Assembly (NCBI GenBank): GCA_028534125.1
Contig: CM052816.1
Span: forward strand, 1,116,001-1,180,000
From: Lama glama
Taxonomy: Eukaryota
Direction: 5' to 3'
Length of the DNA stretch: 64,000 nt
Part shown: one piece after another, positions 37,338 through 50,449 of the stretch
How the letters are laid out: each line of letters opens with the position of its first letter
Numbering within the stretch: the first letter of the stretch is position 1
Notes under the pieces: generated by a model
What the model was told of the DNA's origin: nothing
Databases searched by the model: none
The model's input: the letters and a program-made list of their open reading frames with translations, nothing else
Position numbers and translations under genes: made by a program

Positions 37338-39420
37338 CCCAAGATTTTTAATTCACCCTCCCGTCTCTCCACTCGCTAATTTTCTCAGTATGCACAGTGT
37401 GGCAGGCACTGTGCTACACTCTGGAAGTCACCTCCGTGAACAGGACCGACAGAGGCTCTCTCCTCGCGGGGCTTACACTCCGATGGGAGATACAATTTAC
37501 AAATAAGCCAACCAATAGCGTAATTACTGGGCCAGGATGGAAATGCACAAGCCATGGTGGAGAGTCATAGGAAGAACAGGAGATAGGGAAGAGGGAGACA
37601 TTGGTTCCTTTAGATTTCAACTTTTAAGGTTTATTACATACAGTAAAGTCGACAAATCTTCAGTGGACAGCGCAATGAATTTTTACCTACGTACATCCTG
37701 TCACCTGTGTGTTTATCAATAACAGAATATCTCCAGCCCTGCACAACTCCCCAAGGCTCTCTGAAGTCCCCTCCAAGTCAGTACCAGAAAGAGGTTCAGT
37801 TTTAAGCCGAGCCCTGAAGCAGAAGATAGAACCAGGCAGGGGTCCGGGCAGGGTGACCTGGCGGAAGGAGCTGCAGGTGCAAAGGCTCTGATGCAGGAAA
37901 GAGCTTGGCACATCTGAGGACCTGCTGAAGGCCAGAAGGATGGGCGAAGGCAGAAAAGAGATGGGAGGCCTGGGGTGCGAGGCTGGAAGGTTGTTCAGAA
38001 TCTCACAGCCCGTAGCAAAGAGTTCATTCTACTCTAGAAGGGAAGAGTCGGCGTGACATTCACACAGGGGTAACCTGATATCTGCTTCTTGCAGGAGTCA
38101 AGTCAGTGCCCCACTGAAGTGCTTCATTATTAGTTAGAAATCACCTGCAGACCCACTTCTCAATCAGGAAGATACCTGGGGTATCCACAAGCCTGAAAAC
38201 CACTGGGCAGGAGTGATGCCTGTACACGAACTTGCCCCCTCCGCACGGGTTCCAGCGCGCAGGGATCTGAGCGGCTGGTGCTGAGACGCCCTCCCCACCC
38301 CCGAGGTCAATTACTGCCGAGAACTTTCTTATGGAGGCGTAGGTCCCAGGCAGACTGTTCTGACCAACTTGTAGCTGGAAAGGCAAGGCCAAGAGGGCCC
38401 CCTTGAGGACAGAAAATGCTGCCTGGAGTGGTCCTGGAAAGTGTGGCCCCCTCCATGAAAAAAAAAAATGGATTTACTTAAAAGAACTCTGTTTTCTTTG
38501 GGCTGTAGAAAGTATGGGGTTGGGACGGGTCTGAGAAACCCAGCAAGGGGTCTGGGGCCCAAGCAGATTAGTGTGTGGTTGGGGTCTTGCCCAGCACCCC
38601 TGTAGGAAGGGGCCAGCGTCTCAAGGGGGCATCTTTGTCTATAAACAATTATTTTTTTTATTTTCCTCTCTTTACTTTACTTTTTTTTTTTAAGAAGCAC
38701 CTGTAGCCACTTCCTCTTCCTTCCCCCAGGGATGCAGGCATTTGAAGGCAGTTGATTCAACCCTGTGAAGCCTGGGTAATAAACCCAGCCTGAGCAAGAT
38801 GGGCAGGACCCACAGAGCGTCTGACCTAAACCCGTGTCCCCACCAGCAGCCCGCCAGGGAATCCCCAGGGAGGTGGTGGGGATGATGAGGGGTGGCAGGG
38901 GGACTTAGCACTCGGCTAGGGGGCTGGGGCAAATGGAGGCAGAGACCTTGCAAGACAAAAGGCTGTGGTCTTGTCTTCCTTGGATGTGGCCCAGGGGTGC
39001 AGGAAGTGGTGAGCTGGGAGTGCTGGGTTAATGGCAGGTGGGCTGTAGAGGGTGACAGAGTGGAGGGGGTATCTGGTGGCCAGTTGATGGCAAGGATGAG
39101 GGCCGGTTTGTCCCCTAACACTCCCGAGGGTGGCTGTCCCCTGGTTGCCTGGAGGACCCGGAGTCATCTGGCAGATGATGCAGGAGGCAAGCCCAGTTGA
39201 GGAAGGGGTTCCAAGGAGGTGGCCCCTCCCAGACACGCTGGGGCACCAGCCCCTCCTCCTGCTCTGACGGCTTACTGTGGGCCTCAGCAGACAGGGCCTG
39301 TCTTTAGGCCTTCATGCTTTAGGCACTGAGGCAGACCCAGAACTCAGCGCATCTTTGTGCAATAAAATTGCCTTTGGCCCCAGGGTCTTTTCTCATAAGG
39401 GACACACTTCAAAAGACAGA

Positions 39421-39968
39421 TGTTATCCAAGAGAAACAAAGCTGGACACTAGTTAAAGTAGTGAGGACTGATTTTAATCCTTGATATACGACTTTAGTAG
39501 GGAAGGATCTAAAGTGAATTGGACTCACTTTGATTTATGTAGCAGTGATGGGGTGTTTTAAAGGGAGAATGAGGGGATGGGGGTGGGGCTGAGTGGGGGC
39601 TCTGTGGACTCCGGGAAGTGAAAAATTATGAAAATGGAGTTGGGGGACTGGTCCCTGCAGAACCCACCGGGGTTTGCCAACTGGTTTTTATCAAAGTGGG
39701 GCTCCTACCCTCCCACAGAGACTGGTAGATAGGGGTGTGATCTTCAGATGTTGGTGGGAACAAACAGTACGTTCTTTCGGCTGCCTTCAGTTTTTTTCAG
39801 GCGGCCACTTTAAGCGGGGCATGGGTCATTCTAAGGATGCAGCCTTGAGCTGTTAGAAACTGTATTAGTGTTTGTTTAAGTCTTGACTGGCCAAGGCTGC
39901 CAGGCCTGGTGGAGAAGAGGGCTCAGAGGAGCCTGGCTAGAGTATGGGCAAGGACAGAGCCTTTGTCA
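39421..39968 (-). mobile_element. ERV1 solo LTR (MER67/MER31-like)
   Basis: Minus strand starts TGACAAAGGCTCTGTCCTTGCCCATACTCTAGCCAGGCTCCTCTGAGCCCTCTTCTC and ends ...GGATAACA. Confidence 0.8.
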
Positions 39969-40154
39969 CTGTCCCCTTCCGGAGAAATCCTGGGGAAAAC
40001 CTGCGGCTCTGATTATTCCAGTGCCGGGAGCATGAGACCCATGCTGCCCTCACAGGCCGCCAGCTCAGGCCTCGCTGGGCCTCGTGGATCATCTGGCAAG
40101 TGACAGGGTCACTGTGGGGTATCTGTGGGGTCTTCCAGTGCTGGCTTCTGGATT

Positions 40155-40380
40155 AAGACTATGGTCAGGGGGAGGTGAACGAGGCACTCACCTCAGGCGC
40201 AAAATTTAAAGAGGGTGCCACCCAAAGTAATCAATAAAAAAAATTTTAAAGCAATATTTTAATAAATTAAAATTAATACCAAAAAAAAGTTTTGATCAAC
40301 AAAATATCGACATTTTAAGTAAAGATGGGCTCTGTCTGATAGTGCTGGCATTAGGGTGGAGGTAAGGCAGGCCCAGTTGC
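40155..40380. mobile_element. MER96B-like hAT element
   Basis: gaggcactcacctcaggcgcaaaatttaaagagggtgcc...gcaatattttaataaattaaaattaat...aacaaaatatc. Confidence 0.65.
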
Positions 40381-41694
40381 ACAAGCTGCATCAGAACGGT
40401 AGGCAGCCATGAAGGTGCAAACTCTCTTCTTCACTCCCTGCCTGTCATCTCCACTCAGTCCACTAGGGGACGAACGTCTACCACACAAGCCTCCGGTCCT
40501 GAGCCTTGGCAGCTGCAAGATGGTCCCTGCCTGGTCTCTTCCCTAGGCTGTTTTTCAGATTCCCAGCCAAAGCAAAGAAAAAGAGAGACATTCTGACCTG
40601 TGACACTGTTTGACCATGACCCTCCGCTGGAAAAAAAGAAAAAGAATAAGAACACATGAGCCACACATGTCCGCAGCATTTTCAGTTAAAGGGATGTCAC
40701 GTACATTCTAACTTGCAGAAACAGCTGGCAGAGTACAGGAATACAGCTGTTGTCCCGGAAACAGCTGAGTCTGGGTTCTAGTCCCAGCTCTGTCTTCCAA
40801 CTTCTTGTGTGACTTTGGCCACGCCATTTCACATCAGGTGGCCTCAGTTTCCCTAGCTGTGAAACCAAGGGTTGAATCAGATGATCTCAGAATCCATTTT
40901 TTTTTCACTAAACATTTATGCTTTGGTCTCCAAAGCAGAGCTAAGAAAAGAGCCTGAAATTCCTGAAACATACAGTAAAATAGCTGGATGAACCCAGCCG
41001 GCGTGTTCTGAGTCGTTGAACTTTCACATCTGGCCCTCTGCTTCCTCTGAAGACTTTGAACAGTTGCTGTGAGGTTTCCCGAGCAAGAAGACAAGTAATG
41101 GCTCACTATTACTGCACATTAGCCATCTGCTGGGCGTGACGTGTATTATCTCTTTTCAGCTTTTCAACACCCCTGTGAACAGCTGCTACGATCATTATCC
41201 CCACTTTACAGATGGGAAATTTGAGTCCTAGAACCTAGAGGCTGCACTTCCAGATACATAACCCATCTGTGGGCAGCAGGCCTTCCCGGACTCACTGTGT
41301 GCCCCTGGGGGAGGGGAACCAGAGAAGGGAGGGCAAGTGCCCTGATTTGGGAGCACTCCTGAGTGGCGGGGGTTGGGCCACCCACCCACCACTTCCCTCC
41401 CACAGAGCAGGGTCCTGTCTAGCCGATTAAAAATGTCATTTCGATTCAGCAGATGTCTCCTAAGGCCTCACTGTACTCAGGCCAGGGAAGGCACCTGTGA
41501 TCTACAAGACAGGTGGGGCGTCAGAACCTCCCAGGGCCGAGTGAGCTGTGGAGACAGCTGCAGACCCTCCATTTCTTTGGTGGGGCCTGAGGGTCTGGCC
41601 TGTTAACAGGCTCCTCGGCCAACTCTGAACTACAGTGGCTTTGCCAATCTCTGGGCCGGACTGAGGAGAAAACTGTAATAGGAAAGACCCCGGT

Positions 41695-41803
41695 GGTGGG
41701 GGGATAGCTCAGTGTTAGAACACATCCTTGGTGTGCTCGAGGTCTTGGGTTCCATCCCCAGTGCCTCTGTTAAGGAGAAGAGAGAGAGAGAGAAAAAAAA
41801 AAA
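41695..41803 (+). mobile_element. tRNA-derived SINE (Vic-1-like)
   Basis: ggggatagctcagtgttagaacac...gaggtcttgggttccatccccagtgcctc followed by a (GA)n/A tail. Confidence 0.78.
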
Positions 41804-44800
41804 GTCTCTGATTCTACTCTTTAATGGGGTGTGGCAACTGTGTGTGTTCCTTTTTCTTCATTTTCCCCTTTCCTGGTGTCCCTCCCACAGGGCACAGGTG
41901 GACGTTGGCTGTGACGCTAACCTCACAGACCCAGCCCATCCCTCGGTGTCGGGGGTGGGGGTGCTGACCTGCTCCTGATAACATCTGCGAAATTCCAGGC
42001 TTATCCCTGCTTCAGAGACAAAAACCTAAAAAGAATCTTTCAGAAAGAGCCCGAAGATGGCTCTGGGCAAGTTGCTTTTTTTTTTCCCCCCTTTAAAGAC
42101 ATTCTTCATCTCCTTTATAGTTTGCCTCAGATTGGCCCTGATTAAAAACAAGAAGAGTTCAGCTTCATCTCTGGTATTTATTGTTGCCGATGCCCTTGTA
42201 AACCCGCAACACCCATTCATCCTCACCCCAAGTGGCTTTCACGCTGAGGCTGACAATTATCCAAAATGGCCTCCTGGTGTGAAAATTCCATCTTCCACAT
42301 GGGGCTTTCTTATCCCATAAAACTCATTTAATGTGTGAGCTTAATTACATGGAGATCAAGGGCCTCCGAGGTGAAAGGCTAAGTGGGGAGTTAAACCCTG
42401 AACTACTTCTCAGCTGCCCCATTGCTTGGCAAAACTGTGTGGGCAAATGGCTCTTGAAAAGCTCCCCATCCACTGGTTTGAGTCCATTCGAGGCAATATA
42501 CCAACAGAACCTGTCCGGAGGAGGACACAGAGGTCTAGAAGAGCCACCTTCTGTAAGGAATGGGGAGCAGAGAAGAGTGGGGGTCCTGAAGGTGCCTGCC
42601 CACAGCTGCAGGGTCGTCCTGTGGTCCACAGCACCGACTGCTGTGAGGAGCCAAGCTTGAACTGGGTAGACTTTATCAAGAGGCCAATTTTGTCCACTTC
42701 ATTTATTCAATAAATATTTACTGAACTCAACTCAGTGCCAAGCACTGAGTTAGGCACTGGGGATGCGAGGCTGACCAAAATGCAGATATGGTCCCTGTCT
42801 TCCTGGAGCTTAGAGTTTAGCACGGATGACAAACATGGGACAAATGACCAGAGAAATTAGTGTAAAATGTCAGCTGTGAGATGGTGCCAGGAGAATGTAA
42901 AGGTGAGGATTTGTCCTGGTAAGAGTGTCAAGGAGAACTTTACTGGTAGAGTGATATGACCAAGCTGAGAGCTACAGGTAAGTTATTGGGGAAGCAGGGT
43001 AAGGATGGCATTCCAGGGGGTCAGGGGAGGGAGCATCATATGCAAAGGCCCTGTGGTGGGACAAGCAGGACAGGTCAGGAGAGTCAAAGTAGTCCCCTCC
43101 CCAGGTCACAGGGTGGAAAGAGTGCAAAATAAGAAAGTGAGGGGGCAGAGCTCAGATCTTGAAGGCTGCTAGGTCAAATTCAAGAATTGTGTATGGACAT
43201 TGAGAATAAAGGAAAGCCATAAAATGGCTTTTTTTAAGTGGATATGACATAAGCAAACTTGGGTTTTGGGATGACTCTTGCAGCCCTAAGAAGAACATTT
43301 TAACCTAACCTAAAGAAGAGCTTTTCTGATGGATGCTGGGCCTTGGGAAAGTAATAACAACAAACAAAATCACTGGGCTCTTTTTAGGAATGAATGCACT
43401 CTGCCATGTGCTTTCATGGTCTTGAGTACAACAGGTAAGGTAGGTGTGTTACTATGATGTGCTTCTTATGGATAAGGGATTAGCGGCTCAGAGAGGCTTA
43501 GACAGTTAGCTGAGGTCACCCAGCTCACGAAGTCGCAGAGCTGAAGCTCAAATCCAATTCTGTCTGACCCCAAGTCCCCACTCATAATGACTGCAGCCTC
43601 AGAGAGCTGCAAGGGACCACCGCCCTGGTCCTCAACCTGGATTGCACGATGCAATCTCCTGAGTGGGGTGTAAGCATTCAGACCCTGCCCTAAAGAGATT
43701 CTGATGCAATTAGCCGGGAGTGCGGCCTGGACCTGGGGAATTTTTGTAGATAGGTAAGTCTGTTGTCAGCCAAGTTGAGAGCCAGGGGCTGGAAGCCCTG
43801 GAAAACACTCGGGAGGGCTGTGGCAGGAGAGAGTCATCTCTCCAGCTGCAGCCAGTGACCTCCGAGTCCCATTCCTGCTCCAATAGGCTGAGATTTTAGA
43901 TCCCCAGTTCTGCTGCCAGAAGCCTTGCCCCCAAGGTGACTGGGTTTCTGGAACTGACAGATGGAGGCCGAGGGACCTTGGTCACATTGCGCTGGCTCTA
44001 ATGCCTGGGCAGGGAGAGCCAAGTCCTCAAGGCTGCGTCTCGGAGCCCCACCAGCCGCCTCACCTCTGGCCCAGACCAGCCTGCAGACAAGTTGAGAGCA
44101 GGAAGAGAAATGGTCAGCTGATCTCAGATGGGCACTGTCAGAGCTGGGTGCTGCAGGCTGTCGGCCCTGTTGCCAGGGACTGATCCACTCCTTTAAGAGC
44201 ATCTGGAGCGTGAGAGAGTAAGGGGCGCACCCTTCTCCTGCCCCTGGGGGCTCCCCGGCCTCCTGGGGGCGCTGCTGCTCGGAGCAGGTTGTGGATATTT
44301 GATCTCCTCCCCTTTCAACGTCCAGGCAGAGGTCTGCTGCCACTTGAACTTGCCACGTTCATTCCCTCTTCCAGGCCTTTGCACTTGCTGGTCCCCGGGC
44401 TTGGAATGCCCACCCCCAGCCATTCACTTGGCAACTCTGGGCCTGGAACCCAGGCCACTTGGCAGTTGGGACCCAGACAGAGCTCTGAACAGACTGAGTC
44501 GAGAGGCCCAGAGGCAGTCTATCCCCAAGCCCCCTGCTCCTCCCAGACGCCTCCTCCCTGGCCCCTCAGATGAGTCTTTATCTGCCAACAGGGAGACCAG
44601 CCCCACCGGAACCACCATCACTTCTACGGCCCAAAGACTCAAGTCACAAATGCTTACTTGACCCTCTCTGAACCCGGTGGCTGCACAACCACAGGAAGTT
44701 AGAAAAAAATGGGGCAGTGGAGAGTGAAAAACAGTACCTCCCGTCTGTGGGCTGCATTCTGCCTTTCCCTTCTGGAGCTATGATCTCATTTACAGACTCA

Positions 44801-45582
44801 GAATCTGACAGCCTCATGGTGACCACGTGCGAGGCCCCCCCCAACACAAATAAGAGACTTTATGGCTGGTACCAGGGCACGCAGCCAAAACTACAACCCC
44901 AGCCAATTGTGATGCACCTTTGATTTTCAGGATAACTCCGCAAGGCTGGCAGAACAGTACCATCCGCCCATTGCACAGATGAGGAAATAGAGGTGCAGAA
45001 ATGAATAATCTGCCCGAGGTCACATCGGACCTTACTGGGAAACAGAGACCAGAGATCTATGCCCTTGGCCCTCGCCAGTGTTACACCACAGAGCCCTACT
45101 CCTAAGAGGGACAGAGGGAAGGCGGGTGGGGTGTGAATAATGCCAGTTGACAGGAGTGGAAAAGTTGGCTTTAAGACTGTGAGTTCTCAGCTCAGCAGTT
45201 CTCAGAGCTAGAGTTTGCCGGACAAGCTCAGTCCCAGCCCAGCTTTCTCCCTTGACCTCTGCGAGTCTTGGTTTTCTCATTTATTAAATGAGGATAGTAA
45301 CAGTCCTTACTTCAGAGGGTCACTGTGAGGCTTCAATGAGATTACAGGCCCCCACAGTGCATGACCTGCACCTGACAGGCAACAGAGAGTAGTTGCTATT
45401 TTTATTTTAATAACCATTATTATAATTTCCATTATAATCATAACCATTCTGGAAAACAAACCATCAAAACAGCTTCCTCCACTGATGGGGCCTTATTTCA
45501 GCCTCCTGGGCTCCCAGCTGGTGAAATCAGCCCAGAGGGACTCTCTCCCTTTGTCTTTCCTTTTTTTTTCCCCCTTGAAATA

Positions 45583-46452
45583 CATTGATGTGCTGGAGCT
45601 TGTGCTGGCTTCTGAGGGCCTGCTGTTACATTTTCAGGAATTTTGTGAGTGGGCTGTTAAACACAGCCATTATTAAAAAATCAAATGATAAAAGTTGGTG
45701 GCAGCCAGTTCCTCCTGAGTCTGTCATTTCAGCTGGTCTTGTGAGTGGAGGCACTGACTGTCCTTGTTCTGGGCCATCTTCTCAAACTTGTTTGTATAGA
45801 ATTTCCCTCCAAAGAAAAGGGCAGATTTGCTTATTGTCCAGAATAATAAAGATAATGTCTGCCTCTGAGCATTGCGAAAGATGATAACTTAGCTTTACAA
45901 AAGATTCGGATCCCTCCTCTCTGGATTCCTCTCCTCTATGGGACCCACTGCATGTCCAAGGGCCGGCTGGTTCATTTTGCATCACCCTACGGGAATTAGG
46001 GCTTAGGGGACTAGTACAAGGTAATGCTGACACTCTGGTTACTATGGTGGCTGTAAGTAATAAAGTCCTTTGTCTCTGACCCAGGAGTCTCATGTCTTTT
46101 GCCAGCATCCACGAAACTGACAATGTGTGACCTTGCAAACAGGGTAAACTCGCAGAGGCTCCAAATTTCTTGACACAAACTTAAATAAATTGTATTTAAA
46201 ACAAAGGTGATACATACTCAAAATGCATCACTTCCTACTACATTTTATTACTATCTGCATTTCTGAGGTTATTTGCATCTTTTGTAAGTATGGACATGCT
46301 ACATAAATGCTGTGCTTCTGTGAATCTTTTCCCAACTCTGTGTTCAGGGGCACCATATAGGTAGCTTGCCATCAGCTGTGAAGGTTGTATTTATATCATG
46401 GAAATTGTACCCCCCCAAACAAGAGCTGATTGTGAAACATTTACACATCACC
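45583..46452. mobile_element. MER63-type DNA transposon interrupted by a MER77/MER68-like LTR (~45690-46174)
   Basis: gatgtgctggagc...ttttcaggaattttgtgag...aaacacagccattatt, then LTR sequence (aataaagtcctttgtctctgacccaggagtctcatgtc...ttcttgaca), then MER63 resumes (ttcccaactctgtgttcag...gattgtgaaacatttac). Confidence 0.7.
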
Positions 46453-46559
46453 ATCTAAATCCCACACTTCCTCCCCAGAAGTTCTCAAACCTTGTCGTTC
46501 CTGAAGATTTGTTAAAATGCAGGCTCCAAACTGAACATCCAAAGGTTAAAAGAAAAAGA

Positions 46560-47470
46560 AAAAAAAGAACCTCAGTCTAATCTTAAACTTTATACAAAAA
46601 ACAAATTCCTGCTGATGTCAAAATTGACTATAGATTTAAATGTAAAACGTTATAAAACTTTTAGGAAAAAAGCATAGAAGAAAATTTTTAGGATCTGGCT
46701 AGGCAAAGAGATCTTAGACTTAACACCAAACCGTGCCCTTAAAAGGAAAAGTTTTAAAGTTGGACTTCATCAAAACTAAAAATTTTACTCTATGGAAGAC
46801 CCTATCAAAAGAATGAGAAAACCTACAGAGTGGCAGAAGATATTTGCTAACTACATATCTGACAAAGACTAGTATCTAGAATGTATTTTTTTAAATTCTC
46901 AAAACTCAATAGTGAAAAAGCAAGCAATCAATCCAATTAGACCATAGGCAAAAGACATGGAGACATTTTACTGAAGAAGATACACAGACACCAAGTAAGC
47001 ACACCAAAAAAAGATGCTCAAGATCATTAGCTGTTAGAGAAACCCAAATTAAATCCACGGTATCACTACACACCTATCAAAATGGCTAAGATTAAAAATA
47101 GCGACAATATCAAATGCTAGTAAGGATGTGGAGACACTGGGTCACTCATGTTGTTGGTGGAGATGTAAAATGGTGCAGCTCCTCTGGAAAACAGTTTGGC
47201 AGCTTCTTTAAAAAAGTAAACACACAGCTACAAGTCAACCCAGCAATTGTACTCCTAGGCTTTTATCCCAGAGAAAGGAAGACTTAGTATCCCATAAAAA
47301 TGTGTACACAATTGTTTATAGCAGCTTTATTCATAACAGCCCCAAACTGGAAACTGCCAAGACATCCTTCAACTGGCAAATGGTTAAATAAAGTGTAGTA
47401 CATCCATACTATGAAATATTACTCAGCAATAAAAAGGGACAAACCATTGATACAGGCAACAACTAAGTGA
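46560..47470 (+). mobile_element. Old L1 (L1MB/MC-type) ORF2 3' fragment
   Basis: ttggacttcatcaaaactaaaa...gttggtggagatgtaaaatggtgcagc...gcagctttattcataacagccccaaactggaaac. Confidence 0.88.
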
Positions 47471-47555
47471 AGAACCATAGAAAATATTCATCCCTTTGGC
47501 CCAATACTTTCAACTTAAAGAAGGTATATGCTCAATACATAAAGACCAGTTATTT

Positions 47556-48133
47556 CGTTGTGGAAAAATGTGTTACAGCTCGGTGTTACAGCTCAGTTGT
47601 GACAGCAACCTGGATCCAGGCAAAAGACCAAGCAGCACTTAGAGAATTGGAGAACTCAGGTTTATCACGCCAGCAGGCCCAGAGAAGTTAACACTCCAAG
47701 CTCTGGACCCCGTCTGTAGGTTTACACAGGCCTTTATAGGCTGCCAGTTTTACACTTTGCAACATCATATGCAAATAAAGTATAACAGAAGTTGACCAAC
47801 CAGGAACAAGCTTTGTAGAAATAGACCAATCAGGAGTAAGAGAAATAACCAATCAAGAGTGAGCTCCATGCAAATAAAGTACTACAAATGGACCAATCAC
47901 AAGTTAGAGAAGTGGGCCAATCAGAAGTGAGAGTAATAAGCAATCAGGAGTGAAGGAAATAACCAATCAGAAGTGAGCTCAGGGAACCAATAGAATTTTA
48001 GGGATAAGTAAGCTGTTTCAGAGGCAAAAAGTGAGATAGAGCCTCTGGGCCAGGGAACTGGATGGTGCCCGCAGGAGAGTAGTGGCCCTGCTTGGGGACA
48101 CTGCTGGGTTTTTTTATGGGGCTTTCCGCCTCA
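47556..48133 (-). mobile_element. Young, probably lineage-specific ERV1-type solo LTR
   Basis: Minus strand TGAGGCGGAAAGCCCC...TATAAA (47738-33)...TTTTCCACAAC(G). 4-bp TSD attt at 47552-55 and 48134-37. Internal tandem CCAAT units. Confidence 0.85.
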
Positions 48134-50449
48134 ATTTCAATAAGTACTTTCTGAGTACCTGTATGTGCCAGCTCTGTTCTGGACAGTGGGGATAAAGCAA
48201 ACAAAATAGAGAAAAATTCCTGCCTTCATGGAACTTACACTCTAATAGAGGCAGTAAACCAGGTAAGAAGGTAAAATAGTATGGTGCATGGTCTTAAGTA
48301 CCAGGGAGAGAAATTACAGTAGGAGAGAGAACAGGGCGCTTGTCAGGGGTGGGTTACAACTGTAGCGAGGTGTTCAGAAAAGACGTTATTGCAAAGGCGG
48401 CGTTTGAGGACAGGCTTTTTCAAGGATGAGATGAGACTGTCCGACAGCGCTGCAGGGGAGGGAGGCATTTCCAGCAGAGGGACCAGGAAACGCAAAGGCT
48501 TGAGAAGGCAGCTTGCAGGTGTGTACGGCTCAGGGGACACGTGGCTAGAGAAACAATGGCGGGGCCTTGCGGGTGGCAGTGAGGACCACCGACCGCACGT
48601 TGGCTTAGTACGCGGAAGGAGAGTCCCCGGAGCGTTTTGAATGAAGGTTTTGCATAAATAACGTGCATGTAAACAAGAAATACATGCAAGCTCCAGGTCC
48701 CCCTGCAGAGGTGCTGAATGCGTGGGCCAAATCTGGTGGTGTTCTGAAGAAGGATTGCTAGTGATTAACAAAATAAAGGGAGGGGGGTAGGAAAAAGAAT
48801 CAGAGAAATCCAAGTCCTTGAACCCAGTTACAACGAATTATAAGAAATAGCCCCGCGGAGCAGAGTAGGGATTTTTCCCTCTCCTTTTTCTGCTGGGCGC
48901 TGCCAGGTCTTGGTGCAGATAAGGTGACAAGGAAATCTTCGCAGCACACCGGACTGGGGAGGGCGACATGGGAAAGGCTGCAGCTGCCCCTCCTCCCCAC
49001 CCCACTCCACCCCAGGTCCAGGCATTCTTATAAATGCTTTACACACAGCATCTCATTTCTTCCAGCTTAATCCTCACAGCAGCCTTATGAGCTGGGAGCC
49101 TCTCTGCTTCAATACATTTTAAATCAGCACCGTGAAAGAGAATTGCCTTCTGGTTTTATTCTTTTTCCATTTGAAGACAAGCACTACCACCTTCAAATGG
49201 GTTCATTTTAAGACACAATCGCAATCCTAAAAATGTCAAATGGTGGATGATAGAATTGAGGAAATTCGAAGTTATCACATCCATTTCACAATAATGAAAT
49301 TGAGGCTCCTGCAGTTAGAAGAATAATATCAGAGACTTGAACCCACAATGCTTGGTTCCAGCCCCAGCTCCCTCATTCAGTGGCGGGCAAACCCATCTAC
49401 CTGGGTGTTTAGCTCAAAAATCTCGGATCGTTCCTGCTACCACAGCGTTGACACAGAGGGTCCGTCTTAATCCTAAATTAGCAGGGCCTTGGCAGATGGA
49501 GCCTCCCACCACAACTCCCATCTGTTGATTTTTTTGCTCCATGGCCCAGCTCCTGAATTTTGCTGGTATGTTTTAATCTTTAAAATACATATGACTTTGA
49601 CATTCCACTCATTGACATCTCTATTTGTATAAAATAAAATGTTTTTCTTAGCCAAATCTTGGAATAATATTGAAGCTTGACAGGAAATGGGCCATGGCCT
49701 TGGGTACCCAGAACACAGGGATGAAGCTGATCCATTTGGTTGTGTGTTTCCAATTAGTCAACCACAGCTTGCGCACTTGGCAGATACGAGTAACAGATGA
49801 CAAGGTACTTTCTGTGTCAGTATTAATGTATCACTGAAAACAAGTGAGTGATGATGTGTAGAATGAAGCGTGCATTCATCTAAGAGAAAACCATCATATA
49901 TCATCAGGCTGAAACCCTTTGAAGGGATAAGACAAAATCCAAGACAAAGATAATACTTAACATATATATCTCTTGGGTATAAATAAATTAAAAGTATGTT
50001 TTGGACCTCACACCACCAGGGTGAAAAGTCATAATTGTTTTCCAACTCTTAACAATTTATAATGAGCAACACCCAAACACATCCTTCCATTGAAATACAT
50101 AAAGATTTAAGTATTATCTTCATCTTGGATTTTACTGCTCTGTCTTCAAAGCCATCTCTTGTTTGTAGGGATTGTGGTTTAGCCAAGGGGGCTGGGGGAG
50201 AGTGTGGGACTCCAGTTAATTTTGCCAGGTCTTTTTTTAGGTTTAAGAATTCTTTCAGTATATGTAGGATGAATGCTTGTGGTAATAATAGCTCATGTTT
50301 CTTGAGTCTTTCCAACGTGCCCAGCCCTGTAGTAAGTGCTTTATATGTATTACCTAACTTAATTCCTTCTTATCCAGCTCAGATTTCATGGCCCAACATT
50401 ATAATCACTCCATTACACAAATGGCCTTAATATCCGTGCTCTTCTCTCC

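Noticed and set aside
47790..47995. CRISPR-like periodic repeats
   Set aside because: Eukaryotic LTR U3 tandem CCAAT units; no unique spacers and no cas genes.
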